From Candidatus Aminicenantales bacterium (lineage in GTDB: Bacteria; Acidobacteriota; Aminicenantia; Aminicenantales; Saccharicenantaceae): a stretch of DNA of 62,057 nucleotides. The notes below the pieces were generated by a model. The model did not search any database. It had not been told where the DNA came from and saw only the letters and a list, made by a program, of their open reading frames with translations. The stretch covers positions 1 to 62,057 of the forward strand of contig JBEKXF010000018.1 in NCBI GenBank assembly GCA_049512315.1, read 5' to 3'. The translations under genes and the position numbers were made by a program. Shown here piece by piece: positions 51,413 to 60,518 of the stretch (the first letter of the stretch is position 1; each line of letters starts with the position of its first letter).

Positions 51413-53008
51413 GTGACGGAACAAAAAAGGCAACGTTTTTGCGGGCTAAAATGGAAATTCGCGCTGATGGCCTTGGTCTGTTTCGCGGCCTTCATCAGCG
51501 GCGGATCACACGCGTACGGAAGCCTATTATCCGAGAGCAACGATCCTCCGCGACCGGGATCGCCTCAACCCCCGCAAGCCTATGCTGCGAATTTTTGTTT
51601 ATCTTCTTTTCGAACAAACACCGACAGCGTGAATGGAGGCGGCTCCGGGCCCATAATATTTTCCCTCCAACAACAGCCGTTTAGCGAGGCGCCCGTTCGG
51701 TTGCGGAATGACGACCCGGAGTATAACAAGAGATATCCTGTGTGGGCGGTTGCTCTCCAGGTTGTCACAACGAATGCTTTTATATGGGTGGTTGATCGGT
51801 TTGTTTTTAGTTATCCTTGGTCGCACATAGGACCTACGAGCTGGAAAAATAACATAAAAACGGGCTGGGTATGGGATACGGACAGGCTGGGTATGAATTT
51901 TTTCTTTCATCCCTATTCCGGGAGCGCTTTTTTTAATGCCGCTCGGGCGAACGGATATAGTTACTTCGAATCCGTGCCTTTTACCCTTTTGGGCAGTTTG
52001 ACGTGGGAGTATTTCGGGGAAACGACGCTGCCGGCGTATAACGATCTTATCAACACGACTCTCAGCGGCGCATTATTTGGAGAAATCCTTTACAGATTGA
52101 GTTCGAGTATCCTGGATGATCGGACGACCGGAGTGGAGAGATTTTTCCGGGAATTTGTGGCTTCGATTCTTAGTCCCGGGAGATCTTTCAGCAGGCTTTT
52201 GGAGGGAAAGCTGACAAGAGTCACCCCGAAAGAGGTCTATCAGAAAGAACCGCTCAATATTACGTTGTACGTTGGAACGCATTGGTTCAATGAGGGAACA
52301 AAGTTCGGGACGGGCAGCCCCCCAAACGGAATGTTCGGGATTCATCTGGATTATGGAGATCCGTTTGAGATACGACCCCGGAAGCCTTTTGATTTCTTCA
52401 AACTCCGGATAGATCTCAGTTACGGAAATACTGTGGGAAAGAAATATCTGGACAATATCACCGGCTATGGTCTTTTGTTCGGCAAGACCGTTCACTCCGG
52501 GAATTGGGATATCCTGATTGGGGCATTTCAACATTATAACTACTGGGACAGCAGGATTTTCGAACTCGCCGCTCTGGGCTTCGGCGGAGGAATCATTGCG
52601 AAGTGGCAGTTGTCCACGAGTTCCAATCTTCAATCCGCATTCCATCTCGGGGTCGTCCCTCTCGGCGCAACCAATTCGCCATATGTTGATATTGTGGAGG
52701 GCGGGATCCCTGGCCGGGATTATGATTATTCCGGCGGAGCCGAGGCCAAGTATGAGGGCACTCTGAATCTTGCGAACAGGGCACAATTGACGGCGATCTA
52801 TTACCTTTACTGGCTTCATACGTATGTCGGACCGGTTGGACACAAAATCATCTACATATTCAAACCCAGAATTGCCGTTAGACTTTTCAGCAACCTCAGC
52901 CTTGGATTCGAATATTTGTATTACCACAAGGACAACTACCTTCGGGATTTTCCCGATGTTCACAGTAGAAACAGCGAGCAGAAACTCTATCTGATGATGT
53001 ATTTTTAG
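51413..53008 (+). CDS. DUF3943-like putative outer-membrane protein
   Basis: SD AAGGAGG + GTG; WVWDTD..NFFFHPYSG..FNAARANGYS..WEYFGE..NDLINT; amphipathic beta strands ending in C-terminal Phe. Confidence 0.78.
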   Translation: MTEQKRQRFCGLKWKFALMALVCFAAFISGGSHAYGSLLSESNDPPRPGSPQPPQAYAANFCLSSFRTNTDSVNGGGSGPIIFSLQQQPFSEAPVRLRNDDPEYNKRYPVWAVALQVVTTNAFIWVVDRFVFSYPWSHIGPTSWKNNIKTGWVWDTDRLGMNFFFHPYSGSAFFNAARANGYSYFESVPFTLLGSLTWEYFGETTLPAYNDLINTTLSGALFGEILYRLSSSILDDRTTGVERFFREFVASILSPGRSFSRLLEGKLTRVTPKEVYQKEPLNITLYVGTHWFNEGTKFGTGSPPNGMFGIHLDYGDPFEIRPRKPFDFFKLRIDLSYGNTVGKKYLDNITGYGLLFGKTVHSGNWDILIGAFQHYNYWDSRIFELAALGFGGGIIAKWQLSTSSNLQSAFHLGVVPLGATNSPYVDIVEGGIPGRDYDYSGGAEAKYEGTLNLANRAQLTAIYYLYWLHTYVGPVGHKIIYIFKPRIAVRLFSNLSLGFEYLYYHKDNYLRDFPDVHSRNSEQKLYLMMYF

Positions 53009-53068
53009 ATTCATGCCCTGTTGATATGAATAACAGGAAATACGATTGGCAAGGGAGGGCCGAAAAAA

Positions 53069-53374
53069 ATGAATAGTTTATTCGTGCAAGAAACAACGAA
53101 TGCAAAACCTCTGAATGTGATCCTTCACAAGATCCTCACATTTATTTATTTTCTGGCCCATCAGATCGGTTTAGGGATCATCAAGGTCATTCAGCCGCTA
53201 TTTCCACGTAATATTTTCCCAGACAGTATTGTCGATCCCCTTGGATTCTTGATCATCTTGACCTTATTTATGTTTCTTGTTGGTGTCGCCAAGAAAATCG
53301 CCTGGGTCATTGTTTGCATAGGCTGGATTCTGTTATTCATTAGAATTCTTATGATCATTTTTAAGCTCGGCTAG
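53069..53374 (+). CDS. Small hydrophobic membrane protein
   Basis: 101-aa ORF with 2-3 TM segments; SD-like GGAGG upstream. Confidence 0.6.
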   Translation: MNSLFVQETTNAKPLNVILHKILTFIYFLAHQIGLGIIKVIQPLFPRNIFPDSIVDPLGFLIILTLFMFLVGVAKKIAWVIVCIGWILLFIRILMIIFKLG

Positions 53375-53523
53375 GCTATCGCAAAAAACAAAGTCCTCTT
53401 CTCCAGGCTCTGGCGATAGAAAGAGCGATTCCCTCTCTATTCATCCCTCGTATGACGGGATCCGAGGTATCGTCCGGCCGGGCAAATTATGATAAAATAT
53501 ATAAGAAATAGGGAGAAATATCG

Positions 53524-54006
53524 GTGATCCAGATCATAAAACGTTTTGCCGCGCTTGGCCTCTTCGTCCTGTTCTCGGCGGCGTTCGCCCTGGCCCAGCC
53601 GGCGGCGTCCTGCTGCAACTCGCCCGGCCTTTCGCCGAGCGGCCCGAAGGCCCAGGCGCCGGAGTTCAAGGACCTGCCCAAGGCCGGCAAGAAGTGCTGG
53701 ATCGGCGAGGTCTACTATTTCGTCTACGAGTTCGACAGGACCCCCAAGATGGGGACGGCGATCCTCAAGGTCCGCCTCTACGACAAGGACGGAAAACAGG
53801 TCACCGACCTGGACATCACCGGACAGTCCGAGATGCCGTCCATGCGGGGGGCCCATGATTCTGGCGAGGTCGCTTTCAAGCTCAACAAGAAGGGCGACTA
53901 TCTCCTGCCCGTCAATATCGTCATGCCCGGCGACTGGGAGGTCCGGCTGACGTTCTCCCGGACGAAGATCGTCATCTTCCGCGGCCGGCTGACCTTCGAT
54001 GTCTGA
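53524..54006 (+). CDS. Secreted FixH/YtkA-like protein
   Basis: Signal peptide, CC pair, EMPSMRGAH, VNIVMPGDWEVRL motif. Confidence 0.75.
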   Translation: MIQIIKRFAALGLFVLFSAAFALAQPAASCCNSPGLSPSGPKAQAPEFKDLPKAGKKCWIGEVYYFVYEFDRTPKMGTAILKVRLYDKDGKQVTDLDITGQSEMPSMRGAHDSGEVAFKLNKKGDYLLPVNIVMPGDWEVRLTFSRTKIVIFRGRLTFDV

Positions 54007-54079
54007 CCGGCCCGAGCCTTCGGAGGTGCGGGGATCTTTGGCAGGGCCGAGCGGCAGCCTCTGAGACGGTGATGGCCCG

Positions 54080-55060
54080 ATGAAAAAGACCGCCCTCGCC
54101 GCCGCGCTTCTCGCCCTTTTCGGCGCCGCCCCTCTCTTCGCCCAGGGCACTCTTTTCTACCTCGAGCTCCAGGCCGTCGCGGCCTATTCGACCGCAGCGG
54201 AGGCCATCCAGCTATATTCCCAAACGGCCGAAGACGTCATGCAGAAGCCGAGCTTCGGCTTTGATTTCGTCCAGCGGCTTTCGGGCAAGACCCGAGACTG
54301 GGGGGTCCTGGCGATCCAGGCCCGGGTGGCCTACAACCAGGAGGGAGATCACCGGTTCGAGCCCCAGGTGTACAACGCCTATTTCCGTCTCAAAGCCGGC
54401 TTCGCCGATATTTGGGCCGGCCACAATCGTCTGGCCCTGGGCTTGGACTACGGGCTCGACAGCCACGCCGTGCTGCTCATGGGTCCGGCCATGATGAGCT
54501 ACGGGTTCGACCGCGATTGGGGCGTCGGCCTCCAGAGGGATTTCTCCTGGGGAAACGCCGCTGCCTCGTTGACCGCGGGGAGCGGCATGCCGCTCTATTT
54601 CAAGGGCAACTATCTCGCGGCCCTGAGGGTCTCCGGCGGAGTCCTCGCCCGCGACAATTGGAGCGTCGGCGCTTCCCTCGCCTCAGGGAAGGTCCTTGAC
54701 ACGATGGGGAACCATCTCATGAGCCCCGACCCCTTGGGCTTCACGGCCGTCGCCGCGGACGCCACGTATCTCTGGAGGAACCTGGAGAACCGGGTCGAGG
54801 TCCTGGCGGGCCGGAAAGCGGAGCAGGATATTCTCTTCTTGTTCTGGCGCGCGGGCCTGAACCTGCTTCCGGAGGGGCGGCTCAAGCTCGAGGTCCAGCC
54901 CTTCGTTATGAAGACCGGCGGCGAATGGAGCTCCCAGCTGGCCGGCGGCGTGAGTTATCAGGTCACGGCCGACCTCGCGGCCCGGTCCATGATCGAGTAC
55001 GACCACGCCCGGAAGGATGCTCGATTTGTCATCCAGCTTTATTATTACAAGGGGCTCTGA
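54080..55060 (+). CDS. Putative outer-membrane beta-barrel protein
   Basis: Signal peptide ending LFA-Q, amphipathic strands, YNAYFR, FDRDWGV, aromatic C-terminus QLYYYKGL. Confidence 0.65.
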   Translation: MKKTALAAALLALFGAAPLFAQGTLFYLELQAVAAYSTAAEAIQLYSQTAEDVMQKPSFGFDFVQRLSGKTRDWGVLAIQARVAYNQEGDHRFEPQVYNAYFRLKAGFADIWAGHNRLALGLDYGLDSHAVLLMGPAMMSYGFDRDWGVGLQRDFSWGNAAASLTAGSGMPLYFKGNYLAALRVSGGVLARDNWSVGASLASGKVLDTMGNHLMSPDPLGFTAVAADATYLWRNLENRVEVLAGRKAEQDILFLFWRAGLNLLPEGRLKLEVQPFVMKTGGEWSSQLAGGVSYQVTADLAARSMIEYDHARKDARFVIQLYYYKGL

Positions 55061-55094
55061 GGAACGCCGGGTCTTTATCCAGGAGACGATCAAC

Positions 55095-55832
55095 ATGGAT
55101 AACGGAAACCGAAAGAAAATGAGAGCCAAGATCGCGCGAAACAGCCAGCCGGCGCGGCATTGCCCGGCCGGGCGGGTGGTCCTGGCAGGACTTCTCCTCC
55201 TCATCGCCGCGGCTGCCCTCCACGCGGCCGTCGGCTGCGACCTCAACGACCCTGACCGGGACGTCAAGCGCCTCTTCCCGGAATCGACCGGCTACAAAAC
55301 CCTCTACGTCTCCATCGCCAAGAAGGGGGGCGAGGCGCTCCTCAAGGAGATCGAGGCCAGGCTCGGCGATACGTTCAAGGGGCTCTTCGAGACGGCCGAT
55401 GTCCCCTACACGATGTACCAGATCTACAAGGGAAACGAGCTCATCGGCTACATCCACGGCGTCAACCAGAAGGGGACATACGGCGGGCTCCAGGTCTTCC
55501 TGGCCCTCGACCGGGAGGGAGTCATCCGCGGCTTCTACTTCCAGAAGCTGACGTCGAAGGCGGCCAAACCTTTCCGCGAGCCCGCTTTCGGGAAGCAGTT
55601 CCTCGGCCTCAGTCTCAAGGACTTCTCCCGCTACGACGTCGTGTCGGGGAAGGAAGACCCTGCCGGGCCCATCAGCCGGATCAAGAACCCCGACCCCGGC
55701 TCGGGACAGGACTTCCGGGCCACCCTGCGGGCGACCAAGAAAAACCTCATCCTCGTCGACGAATTCCTGATGGGGAATAAATATCTGAAGCTCTTTGGGC
55801 GGACTCCCTCCGAGTCCGCAACCTCAAGATGA
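55095..55832 (+). CDS. Exported hypothetical protein (FMN-binding/RnfG-like fold suspected)
   Basis: SD AGGAG; hydrophobic leader, GCDLNDP..LFP, IGYIHGVNQKGTYGGLQVFLALD..F.KQFLG. Confidence 0.6.
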   Translation: MDNGNRKKMRAKIARNSQPARHCPAGRVVLAGLLLLIAAAALHAAVGCDLNDPDRDVKRLFPESTGYKTLYVSIAKKGGEALLKEIEARLGDTFKGLFETADVPYTMYQIYKGNELIGYIHGVNQKGTYGGLQVFLALDREGVIRGFYFQKLTSKAAKPFREPAFGKQFLGLSLKDFSRYDVVSGKEDPAGPISRIKNPDPGSGQDFRATLRATKKNLILVDEFLMGNKYLKLFGRTPSESATSR

Positions 55833-55874
55833 AGAGATGGATGGACCGAGCCCAAGTTTCTAGAGGAGATAATC

Positions 55875-57080
55875 ATGGCGGACAAAAGGATTAGCCTGTT
55901 CGAGGTCGCTTATAAGAACCTTCTCCGCAAAAAGACGCGGAGCGCCCTGACCGTCGTCGGCATCGCCCTGGCCGGCTGGGTCCTGGTCAGCCTCTTCGGG
56001 TTCAACAGCGGCTACGAGAAATCGCTGAACAAGGACATCGACAACCTGGGCTTCCAGATGCTGGTCGTGGCCAAGGGCTGCCCGTACGAAGCCGCGACGC
56101 TGATGCTCAAGGGCGGGACGGGGCTCAAGTACATGAAGTCTGAGATCGCCGGCGACGTGGCCCGGGAGCCCGAGGTCGATGGGGTGACCCCCATGCTCAT
56201 GCAGGTCGTCTTCGACCCGAACAAGGGGGAGAGCGGGGGCCTGGCGGCCTTCCTCGGGGTCGATCCCCTGACGTACCCGAAATTGAAGAGCGCCCTGCCC
56301 TTCAAGGCCGGGGCCTGGTTCAAGGACCCCGAGGCGCACGAGGCGGTCTTCGGCTACGAGGTCGCGGAGCTCGAGCAGCGCGAGGTCGGCGACAAGTACC
56401 TCATCCCGGAGAAGAACGTCGAGGTCACGGTCGTCGGCATCCTGAGCCGGACCGGGACCCAGGACGACGGCACAATCTTCCTGCCCCTCGCCGCGGTCCA
56501 GAAGATCTTCGGGGTCAAGGACGTGCTGACGGCGATCGGGATCAAGGTCAAGAAGGACGTCGACATGACCAAGTTCGAGGACAAGATGTTCAAGCTCCCG
56601 GACGTGCAGGTCGTCAGCCTGACCCAGGTCAAGACGACCATCATGACCTTGGTCTCGACGGCCCGGGTCATGGTCTTCTCCATCGCCCTCATCGCCATCC
56701 TCATCGCCATGATGGGCGTCGTCAACACGATCCTGATGTCGGTCATGGAGCGGCGCCAGGAGATCGGCATCCTGAAGTCCATGGGGGCCCAGGCCTCGGA
56801 CATCTTCAAGCTCGTCTGGCTCGAGACGATCGTCCTCTGCGTCTCCGGCGGCCTCATCGGGACGGCCCTCGCCCTGGGCACGGCCAAGCTGACGGACATC
56901 CTGATCCGGAAGCTCCTGCCGTATTCGCCGAGCGGCGGCCTCGTCTCGATCGACCTCCGCCTCGTCCTCATCACCTTGGCGGTCATCACCTTCATCGGGC
57001 TCGTCAGCGGGCTCTACCCGTCCTGGAAGGCGGGCCGGATGCGTCCCCTGGAGACCATCCGGAGCGAGGAGGAGTCATGA
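55875..57080 (+). CDS. MacB/FtsX-type ABC transporter permease
   Basis: KNLLRKKTRSALT, large periplasmic domain, NTILMSVMERRQEIGILKSMGA, LYPSWKA. Confidence 0.92.
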   Translation: MADKRISLFEVAYKNLLRKKTRSALTVVGIALAGWVLVSLFGFNSGYEKSLNKDIDNLGFQMLVVAKGCPYEAATLMLKGGTGLKYMKSEIAGDVAREPEVDGVTPMLMQVVFDPNKGESGGLAAFLGVDPLTYPKLKSALPFKAGAWFKDPEAHEAVFGYEVAELEQREVGDKYLIPEKNVEVTVVGILSRTGTQDDGTIFLPLAAVQKIFGVKDVLTAIGIKVKKDVDMTKFEDKMFKLPDVQVVSLTQVKTTIMTLVSTARVMVFSIALIAILIAMMGVVNTILMSVMERRQEIGILKSMGAQASDIFKLVWLETIVLCVSGGLIGTALALGTAKLTDILIRKLLPYSPSGGLVSIDLRLVLITLAVITFIGLVSGLYPSWKAGRMRPLETIRSEEES

Positions 57081-57772
57081 GCGCGCCCGCCCGGTTTTCG
57101 ATCGAGGCCGAAAACCTCAGACGGGTCTATCGCCGCGGCGCCGAGGAGATCCCGGCTGTCGACGGCGTCTCCCTGACCCTCGAGAAAGGCTCGTTCCTGT
57201 CCATCGTCGGACCCTCAGGTTCCGGCAAGACCACCCTGATCAACGTCCTCGGCTGCCTGGATAACCCGACCTCCGGCCGGCTGCTCCTCGAGGGCCGGAC
57301 AGTTTTCGGCGACGGGAAGAGCCTCTCGGAAGCCCGCCTGACCTCGATCCGGAGAGAGGTCTTCGGCTACATCTTCCAGAAGTTCTACCTTGTGTCCACC
57401 CTGACGGTTTACGAGAACGTCATCCTTCCCTTCACCTTCTACCGGAAGCCCGGGGCCTCCGAGGACGTCGGCGATATCCTCAGGCTCCTGGGCATCGACC
57501 ACCGCAAGGACCATCTCCCGGGCCAGCTTTCGGGCGGCGAGATGCAGCGGGTGGCCATCGCCCGGGCCCTGGTCAACAAGCCCCAGATCCTGCTGGCCGA
57601 CGAACCGACCGGCAACCTGGACACAAAACGGAGCGAGGAGATCGGGATGATCCTCAAGGACCTGAACGAGAGGACGGGCCTGACCGTCGTCCTCGTCACC
57701 CACAACCTCCCGCTCGCCCGGACGGCCCAACGGACGATCGAGCTCCGCGACGGGCGCGTTTACGCCGCTTGA
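57077..57772 (+). CDS. LolD/MacB-type ABC ATP-binding protein
   Basis: [37 protein letters not shown]. Confidence 0.95.
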   Translation: MSAPARFSIEAENLRRVYRRGAEEIPAVDGVSLTLEKGSFLSIVGPSGSGKTTLINVLGCLDNPTSGRLLLEGRTVFGDGKSLSEARLTSIRREVFGYIFQKFYLVSTLTVYENVILPFTFYRKPGASEDVGDILRLLGIDHRKDHLPGQLSGGEMQRVAIARALVNKPQILLADEPTGNLDTKRSEEIGMILKDLNERTGLTVVLVTHNLPLARTAQRTIELRDGRVYAA

Positions 57773-57797
57773 CAGGGGCAGCGGCGAAACTTAGAAT
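57769..57797 (+). promoter_or_regulatory. sigma70 promoter of the acyl-CoA ligase
   Basis: TTGACA-17bp-TAGAAT overlapping the upstream stop codon. Confidence 0.72.
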
Positions 57798-57824
57798 CAG
57801 GGCACTTTTGGATTGGAGGGCGGA

Positions 57825-59630
57825 ATGGTCTCGACGCTCACCCAGCTTCTCGCGAGCACGCTCAAGTCCTATCCCAAGGACGATCTCATGCTGGTCAAGA
57901 AAGGGGGGGCGTACGTCCCGATCTCGACCCGGGAGTTCGGGGAGGCCGTCAGGGACCTTTGCCTCGGGCTGAATTCCCTGGGCTTCCGGGCCGGCGACAA
58001 GCTCTGCCTCCTCTCGGAGAACCGGCCCGAATGGGTCATGACGGACTTCGCGACGCTCTCGGCCGGCGGCCTGACCGTCCCCATCTACACGACCCTGGTG
58101 CCGGACCAGATCCACTACATCATCGACGATTCGGACGCCACCGTCGTGGTCGTTTCAAACACCGACCACTGGAAGAAGATCGAGCCCCTGCGGGCCCGCC
58201 TGGACAAGGTCCGGCACTATGTCATGATCGAAGGCCCCGCGCCCTCCGGCGTGATTTCTTTTCAGGACCTCAGGGACAAGGGGAAGGCCCTGGGGGCGGC
58301 GATGCCCGGCCTCTTCGACGATCTCCTGGCCCGCGTCAAGCCCGGCGACGATGCCTCCCTGATCTACACGTCGGGGACGACGGGGACCCCGAAGGGCGTC
58401 ATTCTGACCCACGAAAATTTCCTGTTCAATATCCGAACGGTCCGCGGGATCATCGAGTTCACGGAAAATGACGTCTGCCTGTCCTTCCTGCCCCTCTCCC
58501 ACGTCCTCGAGCGGATGGTCACGTTCACGTATCTCTACGCCGGCTGCACGGTCGGCTACGCGGAGAGCGTGGAGGCCGTCGCCCAGAACCTCCTGGAGCT
58601 CCGGCCCCACATCATGGTCAGCGTCCCCCGCGTCTTCGAGAAGATCTACACCAAGGTCATGGACCAGATCCTGGTCAGCCCGGTCATCCGGCGGAAGATC
58701 TTTTTCTGGGCCTTGAACATCGGACGCGAGTTCGGCGCCCGGAAGCTCGCCGGGAGGCCGATCCCGGCCGGGCTCGGTCTCAGGCGGTCGATCGCCCACA
58801 AACTCGTGTTCTCCAAGATCATCGCCCGGACGGGAGGCCGCGTCCGGTTCTTCATCTCGGGGGGGGCGCCCCTGTCCCGGGAGATCGCCGAGTTCTTCTA
58901 CGCCTTCGGCCTGGTCGTCCTCGAGGGGTACGGACTGACCGAAACGGCGCCCGTGCTCGCCGTCAACACCTTCGAGAACCTCAAGTTCGGGACGGTCGGC
59001 AAGCCCATCCCCGGCGTCGAGATCCGGATCGCGGCCGACGGCGAGATCCTGGCCCGGGGCCCGAACGTCATGAAGGGCTATTACAAGAAGGACGCCGAGA
59101 CCCGGGAGGTCATGGAGGGCGGCTGGTTCCACACCGGGGACATCGGCCATCTGGACGAGGACGGCTTCCTCGTGATCACCGACCGGAAGAAAGACCTCAT
59201 CGTGACCTCGGGCGGGAAGAACGTCGCCCCCCAGCCCATCGAGAACATCCTCAAGTTGAGCCCGTACATCGCCAACGCGGTCGTCCTGGGCGACCGGAAA
59301 CGGTTCGTCTCGGCCCTGATCGTCCCCGAGTTCGAGAAGCTCGAAGCCTACGCCCGGACCCACGGCATCCCGTTCCAGGACCGTGACGAGCTCGTCGGGA
59401 ACACCCGGGTCGTGGACTTCATGCGGGCCGAGGTCGAGAAAGCCACCCCGCTCCTGGCGTCCTACGAGCGGATCAAGAAGATCGTCCTGCTCGGCCGGGA
59501 CTTCGATATCGAGAAGGGTGAGATCACCCCTTCGCTCAAGGTCCGCCGCTCCATCATCGAGGGGAAATACCAGGACCTCATCGAATCCATGTATCGGGAG
59601 GAATCGGGGGACGGCCGGAACGAGACGTGA
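57825..59630 (+). CDS. Long-chain fatty acid--CoA ligase
   Basis: YTSGTTGTPKG, SFLPLSH, EGYGLTET, FHTGDIG, DRKKDLIVTSGGKNVAP. Confidence 0.93.
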   Translation: MVSTLTQLLASTLKSYPKDDLMLVKKGGAYVPISTREFGEAVRDLCLGLNSLGFRAGDKLCLLSENRPEWVMTDFATLSAGGLTVPIYTTLVPDQIHYIIDDSDATVVVVSNTDHWKKIEPLRARLDKVRHYVMIEGPAPSGVISFQDLRDKGKALGAAMPGLFDDLLARVKPGDDASLIYTSGTTGTPKGVILTHENFLFNIRTVRGIIEFTENDVCLSFLPLSHVLERMVTFTYLYAGCTVGYAESVEAVAQNLLELRPHIMVSVPRVFEKIYTKVMDQILVSPVIRRKIFFWALNIGREFGARKLAGRPIPAGLGLRRSIAHKLVFSKIIARTGGRVRFFISGGAPLSREIAEFFYAFGLVVLEGYGLTETAPVLAVNTFENLKFGTVGKPIPGVEIRIAADGEILARGPNVMKGYYKKDAETREVMEGGWFHTGDIGHLDEDGFLVITDRKKDLIVTSGGKNVAPQPIENILKLSPYIANAVVLGDRKRFVSALIVPEFEKLEAYARTHGIPFQDRDELVGNTRVVDFMRAEVEKATPLLASYERIKKIVLLGRDFDIEKGEITPSLKVRRSIIEGKYQDLIESMYREESGDGRNET

Positions 59631-59646
59631 ACGGCCGCAGAAGCGG

Positions 59647-60375
59647 TCAGCCCGCTTTGGGGGGCTCGGGCTTGGCCGGCCAGTAGAGGATCCGGCCGCA
59701 ATTCTCGCAGAGGATGATCTTGACCTTGTCCCGGGTCTCGTTGAGCATCTGCGGCCGGATCCGCATATGGCACATGGCGCAGAAGTCGTCCTTGACGGGG
59801 GAGAGGGCGGTCCCGCCCTTTTTCAGGTAGATCGCTTCGTAGATCCCCATCTGGTCGGGGGGGATCCTGGGGAGGAGGGCTTCCCTTTCCTGGAGGAACC
59901 GGGCCCGCTTCTTCTCCATCTCTTTCGACTTCTCGTCGAGGGCGATTTTTTCTCTCCGGAGGTTCTCTTCCTCCTGGCCCTGCTTGAGCGTCGCCGCCTT
60001 GATCTCCTCCTCGATATCGTCGGCGGCCAGCATTTCGGCGATGATCGCCTCCTCGAGGGAATCGACCTTGTGCTGGGCCTCCTCGATCTCCCTGACGAAG
60101 GAGGTGTATTCCTTGTTCGTCTTGACTTCGTTCAGCTGCCGCTTGTATTTCCCGATCTGGGCCTTGATGTCCTTGACTTCGATCTCCTGATCGCGGCGTT
60201 TTTTCTGGTTTTGGGCCATTTTGTCCTTGGCCTCGGCGACCGCCTTGGAGCCGGCCTGGATCCTTTTGTCGATGTCCTGGATGAGCCGGGGGATCCCCTC
60301 GAGGACAAGCGATGTCGTGTGGATCTCGGAATCCAGGTGTTGGAGTTCTATAATCCCGTCGAAGTCGATATCCAC
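59647..60375 (-). CDS. Coiled-coil protein with C4-type zinc ribbon
   Basis: LQHLDSEI coiled coil, CAMCHM..CENCGRIL; start uncertain (60375 or 60402). Confidence 0.88.
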   Translation of the reverse strand: MDIDFDGIIELQHLDSEIHTTSLVLEGIPRLIQDIDKRIQAGSKAVAEAKDKMAQNQKKRRDQEIEVKDIKAQIGKYKRQLNEVKTNKEYTSFVREIEEAQHKVDSLEEAIIAEMLAADDIEEEIKAATLKQGQEEENLRREKIALDEKSKEMEKKRARFLQEREALLPRIPPDQMGIYEAIYLKKGGTALSPVKDDFCAMCHMRIRPQMLNETRDKVKIILCENCGRILYWPAKPEPPKAG

Positions 60376-60408
60376 TATCCCTCTGTTCTCTTCCGGCCTC
60401 ACGGCGAA

Positions 60409-60480
60409 TGGGCCTACCAGGATTCGAACCTGGGACCTGCCGGTTATGAGCCGGTGGCTCTACCACTGAGCTATAGGCCC
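60409..60480 (-). tRNA. tRNA with CAT anticodon, most likely tRNA-Ile2 (lysidine); CCA not encoded
   Basis: GGGCCTATAGCTCAGTGGTAGAGC..CCGG-CTCATAA-CCGG..GGTTCGAATCC..TAGGCCCA; paired G1, C4/C5 acceptor pattern typical of Ile2. Confidence 0.92.
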
Positions 60481-60489
60481 AGGCCCCCC

Positions 60490-60518
60490 TTTATAACAAA
60501 ATATGGTGCCCTCGTCAA
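60490..60518 (-). promoter_or_regulatory. sigma70 promoter of the tRNA
   Basis: TTGACG-17bp-TATAAA with TG extension. Confidence 0.75.

Noticed and set aside
60409..60480. tRNA as an integration (att) site for the adjacent element
   Set aside because: The element lies 5' of the tRNA, and no duplicated tRNA 3' end or integrase is present.
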